The translations under genes were made by a program, and so were the position numbers. Positions 13,701-25,700 of a stretch of DNA of 38,370 bases are shown here, in pieces (position 1 is the stretch's first letter; every line of letters begins with the position of its first letter). This stretch comes from Catajapyx aquilonaris (Eukaryota), in assembly GCA_000934665.2 (NCBI GenBank), contig KZ538974.1:1-38370 (forward strand). Reading direction: 5' to 3'. The notes under the pieces are model-generated. The model was not told where the DNA came from. It was given only the letters and a program-made list of their open reading frames with translations, and made no database searches.

Positions 13701-16700
13701 GTCCGTACTCTTTGAGAAACTGGTACCTGGCGCAGGCGGTTCAGACAGAACAAGAGGCGCAAACGGCACAATCACCAAACTGAGGACCGAAGTAAGTTGC
13801 AGCTCTTGAATACCATGTAAACAATTACATTGTGTAGCGTGCGTTGTTGATTAGTACGCGGGCGTTGTCTGCAGCTGCACGGTGCGGTGTGTAAATGAGG
13901 TTTAGGGAGGCGTCTCTCAGGTCTGCTGATTGCGGTAAACATGTGAACACAAGTCAGCGCCAATCCATTTCCAGCCCATTTCACCCGCAGCCAGGCATGA
14001 CTGTACTACTGTACAGTCGCGAGCAAAAAGATGCGGACCGGGGTCAACGCGTTCGCTGTATACCGCCGGTGATGTCTCAACGCCAATGTTATTGTCCATT
14101 ACTTATATTCACGGTGAAGAAGAGACATCACCGGTTTTACAGCGAACTCGTTGAAGATCATGATGCTGCTCTGTCCCAGTCTTGTTGCTCGTGATAGTGC
14201 ATGCACTCATTCATACCAATGTAGTCTAATGTGTTTGTTTTAAGGAGTAGATTTGTACTCGCATGAATCTAGGTGAACACGCAATACTGATTCCGATCGT
14301 TCGCCATTATTCATCATTAAATTTTTTAAACATGAGACAAGGTGGAGAGTTCATCAAGGAACACCTGGCGCGGTAGTTGGGCTACTAAATTGTGCATATG
14401 ATTTTACTTGGATCTGACCCACTTATCGCCGAGTCAGTCGGGGGATATCAGGCATTAGGATACGAGTTGATATGGCGGTCAAGGAATGTGCTCGCCGCAT
14501 AGTTTTATAACTGGGTAGGTTTGTTGACAAGGGCAACGATCCGTACTGTTATGTCACTTTTGATAAAAAGCTTGTACGGCGCTTATGTCATCTCCCCAGT
14601 ATCGCGAGTAGTCTTGCGGCATGTCTGCAGGGCCGTATCTGTGAGTGGGTCAGCTTGAGCCAAAGGGCAAGTGAAGACTTGGAGCGCGGTTTAATAATCT
14701 GAGATTTTGCGGTAGTCACCTGGTACACCTGGTTAGTAGTATGGTTCTTGCTTCATGCCCGCAATCGGGTTAATTGCAGCGTCCTCCTCGGAATAATGAA
14801 TCGGACAGGGCCGTGTAGACAACACAACGAAAAAGTGTGCTGACAAGGTGATGCGAGACGAGGTGACCTAGAATGGCTGGTTGGGGGTAAAAAGGAAGGA
14901 GGTCATCGCCTTGTTCCAACCTCGACTGGCCGATATGTAGCATATAGGCAACCTTGGTGTCTGAACAAGGCCAGTTCTTAGGAATCGGCCTTCTTTTTAC
15001 GTGTGTGTCGGAAGAAATGGGAGCGAGGAGAGCCTTGGTAGCCTCCGAAGAGACTTGGCCTAGATGAGTTGGGGGGTCGGTATTTCCGGGCGAAAAAGGT
15101 CAGGATTTTGTGCTGCACGGCGAATACGGTACCGAACGTCGCAAAATTCCGAGGAAGTAGCAATCACACAGTAGCGTGCCGGACAGTATCTTCTCATGAT
15201 CATTTTTTGGGCCGTTTATTGCGTAACGCGGTGGGGTAGAGGTCGTGGGAAAGTCGTCGTAGGCTTCATTTGCAGGGGTTTTTTTCCCTCTCTCTCCTTG
15301 AATATTGCATAGCGTAATTTTTTTCTGTCGGATATGCAGTAATAATGACGTCAGCGTAGGAAAGCTTGTAATCTACCTTGGAATGCATCTTATTTCCTGG
15401 TTCTATTCGGAGTGAACGTGTCTTCAGATAGATTTCCTAGAACGGGGGATGCATTTATGTTTTTTTATTAGTCGTGCTGTAGCAGAGCGCGGAATGCAAA
15501 GTCGATAGCGAATTCACGACCTTGAGGCGACCTTCGTTCCGCCTCCGAAAGGCTCGGTATTTTAACGTGCGCGTAATGTCTGTCGCTTTTTTTTTTTCTT
15601 CTTTTTTCCGGAGGCGACGGTTCATTATTATGCAATAATGTAAGAGCTGACGAGGGGTGTGACCCTTGTTGACCTTTTTTTCGCGTCCATAAATCATTAT
15701 GGGGAGCTTTTGTCGGGGGGGGGGGGGGGTTGGTGTATAATTTAGAGACTCCCATGGTCCTGCAGGATGCCAGACAAATGCTCTTCCAAATTGCATTATG
15801 GCTTTATTATTATGTATACAACCAGGGAAATGGTTGTCAGTCACAGGCGACTAATAAAACGGTGTAAGTGGGAGACGGCTAAATCAATAGTGGCGCTTGA
15901 AATAACACCTGCAGATACTCCGTATTTATGAGATCGTGGTGACGTCATCGTCGGCACTCTATTGCTCCCTAGGTACTTACTGTATATACATGGGTGGTCC
16001 ATAAATGGTATACCGAGGAATAGGGTCGATGTCAAATTATTGCAACAACCATTACTTATCCAGCTGATACTAAATCTGATATCAAATATATTACGCCATA
16101 GGCTCGGATGGGGGGGGGGGNGGGCGTAAAAAAACAAGCCACGTGATTGATCTGAGTGATTCTCGCAGCGATTCCTCCATCCCCAAAATACACAAAAAAA
16201 GAGAGGTTACATAACCTCCAGTCCATATAGTGAATAAATCGCGACCGGAAGGGCCTGCGCCTTATAACAAGTGGATGTAGCAATCTGGGATATGCGGAAT
16301 GGACACATCCTCCTGGTCTGATGATATGCGTGCACTTGTTCGATGCGTCTGCAGATCCATGGGCGGGGGAGGCGGGATGAAGGCCTGGGTAGTGGGGCAT
16401 GGGGGCGGTGGGGTAGGTTTGACGCACGAAGAGATCGCTCTCAAGGCCGGCACAAGCGCCGGCTCTCAGTCAGTGGGCAGGTGAGAACGCGGTAGGATCG
16501 AGCTGTGCGGCACTATATATGTTTTTTTGTATGTAGAGAATAAAATTGGGTGGAAGGATCGATTTTTGGAAAAGGCGCGCAGGCCGGGCAGTGTTGGAAA
16601 TAACTGCGGTGCGAGGCGGCGGCAAGTATGAATCTGAAGCTTAGGTTGCCGCAGAACAGGAGGAAACGAGCGGTTCTGCAGCAGTTGATCATACAGGTAT

Positions 16701-19700
16701 GATGCGGGCCACCTGTTCGGGTGTCGGGACCGGAAACGTGTATCGGAGAGGGGATGCACGGCTGATGACAGTTTTTTTCCAGCTCATGCGCATGGTTACA
16801 TAATACGTTTTTTTTTTGGCACCGTGTGACACTTTTTTGGTTGGCTTGTCGCTCCCGTCTGCTCATCATGTGTGCGTGCAACAAGTGGCTTTTTGGGGTT
16901 AGTGGTAGGATGAAGGTGGCTGATTAACAGCTGATATTGGTGGGGAATACATTGCTGTTACGTCATAAGTGCTCGAAGAATTGTGAAACGGTGTTGTCAG
17001 GGGTTATTTGCAAACAGTTCTGATTTGCGCCTGACCAATAGTATTGTAATTAAAATGGGATTTCAAATTGCGGTTTTGTCTTGGTCATAGCGTGTCAAAT
17101 TTTAATCTATTGTAAGTTGTTAATTGATAAGCAATAAGCAAAAATGAGTGAACCTTGATTTGGTGCAATCCGCTCTAAATCAGATATTTTCAGTTGTTGG
17201 CGAATTAAGAATTTAGTTTAGGACTGGCATTGTTGCTGATAGTTTTACATAAAACACTTGTTGCACTCACATGTTATTTCACTACACTCTTAAGTTGTCA
17301 AAAAAAGGGGGGGGGAGGGGGGGAAACGTGGCCATTTATTGCTTATTTCATCTTGCTGCTTTGGTTTTCTAACAAACAAAAAAAACAATTAAATAACAGT
17401 GACAGTTTGCCACTACGAGTTTTCTAGTGCATGACTAATTAACTTGAGACAGACCAGGACCCGGCCATATCAAAGAGCAAGAGAGAGAGAGAGAAAAAAA
17501 AAAGTGCGATGGCAGTGGTCGTTATCAGGTACATTCCAATTCAAGAGGCATGGTTTAATTAGTTTGTTTTTGTTATGATGGTCGAGATGGAAAATGGCCT
17601 GCGTGATTGTCAAGGTAGGCAGAGTGTAGATTTGCCAGGTGTCATTAGGACACGTTTTGGAGATATGCTATTGGGAAAGTGTTTCATTGTTGTGAAACGG
17701 CAATAACGTAACAAACAATATGATAAATTTCAAAGATGTTCATATGACTGTATGATATATGGAAGCTTCTGTTCCAATGAGATGCCATGATATCAGCCAT
17801 GTTAAAGACATTAATAAATATGTACTGTAAAAGATTAAATTCAGTTGAAAATATATTAGTGTAGTAATTTGTGTCTTGCCGATATGTTGTGCAGGTTATG
17901 TATAAATTCAAGCCCACTTAATGTGATAGTTGACAAGAATAATTCATTTAGTATATAAATACGAACAACAACCAGTTTTCAAAGGTTAACGCCTTTCACC
18001 ATGATTGGGCAGAAATGTAGGTGTCGATTATTTAGTCAGACTGACATGAAAAACGTTGGATTTGGAAGCAATTAAAATGATTTCATGTGAAGTGTGGAGT
18101 TGGTGCATTGTACAGGGTGCGGAAATTTAATCTACCTTCGCTTTGGGGGATGGCAGAGGGCTTCCAGACGATCATTTTAAATATAGAAATGGGTCTCCGA
18201 ATCATAGTTACTGAGATAATTAGCATTAAATAAAAAGTGCATTATCTCAGCTTATAGGTATCGGATACTGCTTACAACACTTCCATCACCTAGGGCATTC
18301 CCTGCTGCACCTAACATGATCGTAAATTAAAATTAAATAACATGGTAACACCTTAAATTTAAATAAAAAAAGGCAAGGTCGCGTGGAGGGACGCATATGT
18401 GCCAGGATATTTTATACCTTGTGCTTTAAGTACATTATCTCGGTAACTATGTGTCAGAGACCCATGTTGCATATTCTCAAAGTGATCGCCTAGAAACCCC
18501 CAATCATATCCCAAAGCGACGGTAGATTAAATTTCAGCACCTTGTATATCTGCAAATGACAGTTCTCAAAGGTCACATTAGGTGGGTCACAGTGTTTTTG
18601 AGATAGCATTCGTTTCCAGGTGACACTGTAATACTGTGGTAATGTTTAGAATAGGCTGCTTGATTTTAATGTGTGCATATTGAAGGTAGTGTTGTTGTCA
18701 AATTTTTCTTTTTTTTACTTGCATTTAAGTGTACTCTGGATGTTCATAAATGGAGTAGACTATATTTTGGGTGCTTTTTTTTACTGAATGTTGTGAATTT
18801 TGACGTTCAGTGTTTTTTTTGCACGCCCTGGAACTGTTACTTCTTGGTTCATTGAATTAAAAATGACATGTGGGCTAAAAAAAGTTGTGACAAAGCAGCA
18901 AGAGAAAGGTTGGAATTTTGTTTGCTGACAGATACATGCACACGCAGCAGCACATTGGTATTTACCTGGATTTTGACACTTTTGCACTGCCAATGGGATC
19001 TCAACTTGGTTTGTGCATCTATGCATATGTACTAATTTTGTTGCTTTTTTATATTTAGGATAGCGATGTGATACCAACATCGCCTCAGATACTGCGGCGC
19101 TATCGCCATGATTCAGCTATCAATGAGCGAGGGGGACTTGTTGGCCTCCGAAACATTGGAAACACAGTGAGTTTGTTAGCGAGCATTTGTTTTTGCCGCA
19201 GGCACTTGTAAAACTCCTCATTTATTGTATCATTTATGTTGCAGTGCTTTATGAATTCAGTAATTCAGTGCCTGAGCAACACCAAACCCCTTCTTGAGTA
19301 TATGCTACGTGACAACTATCTCTCCGATATCAACACCACCGTATCCAGTATGAAGGGCGCACTCATAAAAGGTGAGGAACAGGGATTGTTGTAAATGGTA
19401 AAAATATAATCAAGAAGTGACCAATCAAGTCCCACTTCACTAATATTAATGCATTATGGAAATTCATTGAAGTTGATGGAAATAACTAAGTTGTGGGGTG
19501 TGATAGTTTCAGGCTCTTAAAAGGATGGTGACACCATGCATGCCATGGTTTGTAGGAAAGTGGCTTACTAGATTGATTAGATCCTTTCTCATAGTAATGC
19601 TACCAGTTTTTCCATGTATGCCCATTCCAGCTACTTTTGAGTCAGATGTGTTGGAATAGCCATTGAAGGAGGTTCTCCTTCCCCTTCTATAATGTTGGGA

Positions 19701-22700
19701 ATTTAATTTTTGTACTATAGGTGTACAGTGCCTGCCTCCTCCCCTCTCCTCCCCAACGTTTTCAGCCCCCAAGCCCAAAACTGATCTGAACTCATGGCTC
19801 CCTGCCACCACAACCTTCACTGATATTAGCAACAGTGCCAGGAATTGTCATGATTTGCAGATATGCAACCTAGTTGCACAAGCATTTTTTAGATCACTGT
19901 TCATTTTGTGAAGACAATCATGATCATTATGAATGAGCAGTTCTGAATGTGTTTCTAAAATAGGAGAATTTGGAAGTTAAAGTAAAATGTGCCCTAAATG
20001 CATAACATAAATAGGTTACATAATCAGAGAATTAATTTTGTCATGCATTAATATGAAAAAAATAACTCTCCCTTGAACATTACTGCAAGGTTGTGCAAGT
20101 TTAATAGAGTAGTGCTTAAAAATGAAAACTATGGTGCAATATAGAGTATTCAATCTCAAGTGAGGAAGCATTGAAATCTAGTGTATCATTTGATGGATTC
20201 ATGAGATAATTGCTGGGGAAATTATGAGGAGAACTAGGTATTTGTCTTTTGTCTGCTTTTTGTGGAGGTTCAGATTGAAGTTCACAACATTTCAAGCTTA
20301 CAAGGGAAGGTCACGGGGTGAAAATGACGGATCTTGATGAAATTGATCATGCTAATACAGGACAATATATGATACCCAAAAATGAAATATTTCGTGCGGA
20401 ACCCCATATTTGCAAAAGTTATGACGTCTTAAATTTCCAAAAATAATACATTTTCATACTCCATGGGATTACATTAGCGATCACATATAATGACATTGAA
20501 GTGTGCAATCAGTTTTTAGACCTTTTCTCATCGGAAAAAAGTCATACGGAACGGCTCTGGCCGGCCGTCCGTCCATCCGTCTCTGGACAGGTATCAAGGC
20601 CTAAACCGTAAGAGATAGCGACAAACGGTTTTCATATTCGGATTGAGCGTGACCAAAATAGGTTTCATGGTCAACTTCTGGTGACCCGCCACTTCCGGTC
20701 TTCCGGGTTCACTCTATCCGCACAAGGCTTGTCTACTTTACGGGCGGGTTATCATTGGATTTCAAAGTAGGTTTCCGTGTATTCCTGACCGTGTTTTTCG
20801 GGGATTTACTCCGGGTTTTACCTGACTCTCTGGCACAGGGGCTGTGAAATTTATTCCTGACGTTGGACATGTTTGCAATGAGCGTCATCGGCCGCCATGA
20901 TGTTATCGCCCAAGCAGATACTGGAATCGATATGTTGCCTAGGTTACGATATATCGATTCACATGCTCCCTGAAAGAATGAGAAAAGGTCTAGAAACTGA
21001 TTACACCCTTCAATGTCATTATATGTGGTGGCTAATGTAATCCCATGGAGTATGAAAATGTATTATTTTTGGAACTTTAAGACGTCATAACTTTTGCAAA
21101 TATGGGGTTCCGCACGAAATACTTCATTTTTGGGTATCATATATTGTCCTGTATTAGCATGATCAATTTCATCAAGATCCGTCATTATCACCCCGTGACC
21201 TTCCCTTGTTAGTTTGTGCAAAACTGACTGAAGGCATGCAAGTAGCTTTCTAATGAATGGGAAGAGGTCTTGAGGGAACCTTAAGATGTAACATTTTGTA
21301 CAATTTGTTCATTGTGAAGCAACATTTTTGCTGGAAGGGATTACAATTTCATCTCATTTTTCACAGCATTTGGAGATATGATTCGAGAACTCTGGAATGG
21401 GGAGGAGCGTGGTATGGTGAACACAACCTCTTTTAAGAGTCAAATACAGAGGTTTGCCCCTCGCTTTATGGGCTACAGTCAGCAAGATGCCCAGGAGTTC
21501 CTCCGCTACCTGCTCGAGGGTCTACATGAAGATGTGAATCGTGTAGTTTCCAAGCCACGTCCTCTTGCAGGGGACATAGATGACCGCCTCTCCGACTCAC
21601 AAAAGGCTATTGAAGCCTGGAAGCGGTACCTCCGCTTTGATGACTCCAAAGTGGTGGATATATTTGTTGGGCAGCTTAAGAGTACCCTGCGTTGTACATC
21701 CTGTGGACACTGTTCTGTGACTTTTGATCCCTTTTGGGATCTATCACTGTCTATCCCCAATCGGTCCAGTCAGATTAGATTGGCTCAGTGCTTTGATCTG
21801 TTTGCCAAGGAAGAGGTGCTAGACGGAGATGAAAAACCAGTGAGTATAATACCACCATTATGAAATGCCATTTTGCATACTGTCGAGGATAAAATATATT
21901 GTTAAAGTGCGCTCTATAGTTAAGGTTAATCTAACAATAATACCTTCAGAAAAGGCACATACTCAGGTGCATCATCTCTCCCTTATGCCATATATGATTT
22001 TCTTTTGAAAAAAACTTCTTCACTGACCAGTGTTTAACTGGTGTTTGTTGTGATAAGGATAGAAAGAAACACTTGTCCTTCATATGCATAAAACCATTTT
22101 AATCATTATTATTCATTTCCTTGTATATTGCATCCATGGGAAAATTGCTTACATTGTAAACAGATGACCCCGTATGCAGTTGTTTGAAGGGCTATTGCAG
22201 TTGATTTGCAAGTGTGGCTCACAAACTAATTTTGAATCTTGCAGTGCAATTTGTTTTTATCACATCTGAATGGTAAACCTAGGGCAAGTGGTCAAAGTTG
22301 GCTGGGATGCACTACCTGCTGAAAGGGGCTCATCAAGAGAGGGCGCAGTTGGTGCAGCCACTGGGATCCCACATGGATCCAGACATCCGTTCACTGTCAC
22401 TTCAACGGGCCTGGAAAAGAATTATGTACAGCTAACTCATTCTCTCCCAGCAAGGGTGCCTGAGTCAGGGAGTGGGAAGTGTTGCCAGTTGAAGCCAAAA
22501 TAATGTCTTTCCTGTCACTTAACCCTGGCGAGAGTTACTTGCAAAATGTTCGTCCTCCGGTGATTTTTTGTGTCTTTTTGTGACCATGTCACATTTTTTG
22601 TTAAAAATGGGAAATATAGCAAATTTGTGGGACAGTCTTGGGTTGATTCATTCTGCATTTAGTTCACATTTTTTGAGAAAATAGTACGATCAGAAAAAAA

Positions 22701-25700
22701 TTAACTATGCACTGATGTGTAGTTGGGCCAATATGTCGCTGCTTTGAGAGCCCGCAGTCAGATCGAATCGGAGGGTTATATCTTTATTATTTATTTATTT
22801 TTTGAAGTCACGGGAGGGTTGGCTTTATTTTAGAATAACTGTTCATGAATGTACGTGTTCATGAATCACTACTGATAAACTCAGGTCCCCCTCTGGAAAG
22901 CAAGAACCCTCCGGAGAGTGAATCATTCTTGGAATGCAGTCTTAAGGCCGGTTGCACCAGTCGCGGTATATGGAACGGTATATGGAAGAACCCTGCACCG
23001 CGGGTACACGGTATATGCCATGAAAAACCGCGGGTTTATTCCATAGCGTTGCACTGGTCCAGATAAACGGGGGGTTTTCGGTAGAATGCTGGCCCATGAG
23101 AGACGTAAGCGGGCAAAAATTTTGGAGAGCGCTGATTGGATCGCAGCACCCGTGACGCAATTCGTGACGTCATGGAAGTATGGCTATTCGACTAGTATCT
23201 ACGGCAACCATGTGGCAGGGTTGCCACCTGGTGTCACACAGTACACAAAATCCCAAGCACCAGTCCGCAACCACGACAACACCATAAACCCGCGGTATAA
23301 GCAACTTGTGCTGCAGGATCGGCGGGTAGATGGATCCGGCGGTAAATGGGAGGGATAACGGGCCGTTTTAGAACAACCGTAGGTGGCGCAACACTTCTCG
23401 CGGTATACCGGAGTCAAAACCCGCCGTTTTCCATATACCGTGACTGGTGCAACCGGTCCTTAGCTGCAACTACACACCGGTGCCTAATTTACTTTTCCCT
23501 GATCATGCTATTTGCTCAAAAATTTTAAACTAAATGCAATTTCCTGTGAGAGGAATCAAATGAAGATGTTCTCAAAGGTGAAGCTCAAATGTGCTATATT
23601 TTCCATGTTATAGCAAAAAAAAGTGGCCTTGGTCACAAAAAGATGCCACATCACCATCCGAGGGTTAATGTGTGATTACCTGACTAGTTAGCAGAAGGAG
23701 GCTGCTTAGCCAACTTTGACCTTTTTTCTGAGCCTTACTATATTCGCTTTCGCATTATTGTAATCGAGGTTTTTAGATCCCTACTTGCCAATTGACTGCA
23801 GTGTTCCTGTAAGTTAGAGTAGTGTCTCTGTCCCCGAAACACGAAATTCATTTTTTGTGACTTGTCATTTTTGATATGGCCTCTTAATACAAGGGCAAAT
23901 TTATAAGGCACCAGAAGTTTTTTCGAGCCACGTTTAATCTCCATAACAAATGTTTTGCAGGTGACAGCAAGGTACAGTGCTGGCCATATATCGAAGCAAT
24001 CGCCAGCGACACTTTTCCGAAGCGGCAGAAGAAGGAATCTGGCTCGCCCGGCTTGTAGCATGCTTATCTTTGATTCCTTCTTCTGCCGCTTCGGAAAAAT
24101 GTCGCTGGCGGTTGCCTCGATATATGGCCAGCACTGTACACTCTTTGGCTATTTTTAAACATATGAATCGTTTCTGTTGATGCGTTGGCCCCACTATGGC
24201 ACAAGGTTAAAGATTCCACGTTCATAGACCTCCTTTTTTTACCACAAGGCCTTTTTTTCAAGGGGACAATCACAGAGATGTCTTCTCGACCCTCAGTAAA
24301 CAGCTTACACCATCTTGATGTGTTGCTATGGTCCAGGCAGGTGTTCCCATACACTTCTGGGTGGGGTTTTGCCTTTCTCCCACGAAAAGCACAGCAGCTT
24401 ATTGCACAGTACGGGTGGACGATGCTAACACATTTGCCATCTCTGCTTGCTCATTTTGCTGGCTTGTTTTCTTTTGATGCACTAGTGGGCACCCTCATGG
24501 AGATCTGAGACCATGGACCTGTCCTTACACCAAGTGACTTTTGTCCCTTTGTCCCATTGAAAAAAAAAAGGAAAAAACATAGGTCTATGAACGTGGAATC
24601 TTTAACCTTGAGCCATGGTGGTACCAATCCATCAACAGGAACGATTCATATGTTGAAATATATCCAAAGATTGTCCCTTACCGTCACCTAGAAAACATTT
24701 GTTATTGGCATTAAACTTGGCTCGAAAAAATTATTGTGTGTTACATATCTATTTGCCCTCGTATATCTGCTAAATATTTGGTGACTAAGAGGATATATTA
24801 TGAACAGGATAAATTGTGGTAAATTATTTCACGTGCTACTTACATTTAAAAGTACAGTGGGACCCACTTATTTGGACCACATCGGGGCCATGGCATTTTG
24901 GCCCAATAAAGCGGGGGTTCGATTAATTGGGGTTCATGTGAAACAACAGGAAAAAACCGCAAAAAATTAGACTGCACTACCAGCTTTAATCCTATTGCTC
25001 AACAAGTGAAGGTAAAATCGATGTATGAAAGTGACTGTGTCATGCAAGTGTCATGCAAGTGCAAAGTACTGTACTGTACAGTAATTTTAGTGTTCACTCC
25101 GCTGTAAAAAATTGTCTAGTAACAACTGTCGGGTTCTTGTTTTTGACTTCATGTTAACAAAGTCCACGGAGGTGTCAAGTGCAATCACAGGACCGCCGTC
25201 ATTCCCTACTTGCAAAAAAATTCGTCAGTAGTATAGCATTATAGCAACGAAACTGGTCCGACTAACCGGGGAAATCGCCAGCTATGCGGGGAAAATTACA
25301 TTGTGGTATTGATTTGATTCCGGTCTTGGTGATTCGGTCCAAAAATGCAGGGGGCCCGATAAACTGGGCCACCAATAAAGTGGGTCGCACTGTATTAGTA
25401 TTTTCATCCCACCTGACCTAGCGGTCTGGATTAAGGCGGCGATAAAGAAAATTAGGACTTCTTCGAGTTCCAACTCTGGCCGAAAGGGGAGAGAGTGGAT
25501 CCCACCCTCCCTACACAAAAGAAAGGTCGCGTTTGCGGTTGACCATTCCTTCTAGGCACAATAAAAACCGTGAAAATTAGGGTTCCCCCACCTTCTAGTA
25601 GTTCTCAAATCAGTCAAATTTTGACAAAATTATTATTTGCCGAAAGGTTATAGCTATTTATATAAAAATCGGCTTCACGGGTCCGGAGCACCTCATTTTT

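Noticed and set aside
16299..16484. Track [12 protein letters not shown]... as the alternative first exon
   Set aside because: At the 16480 donor it is phase 2 and would not join the phase-0 catalytic exon in frame.
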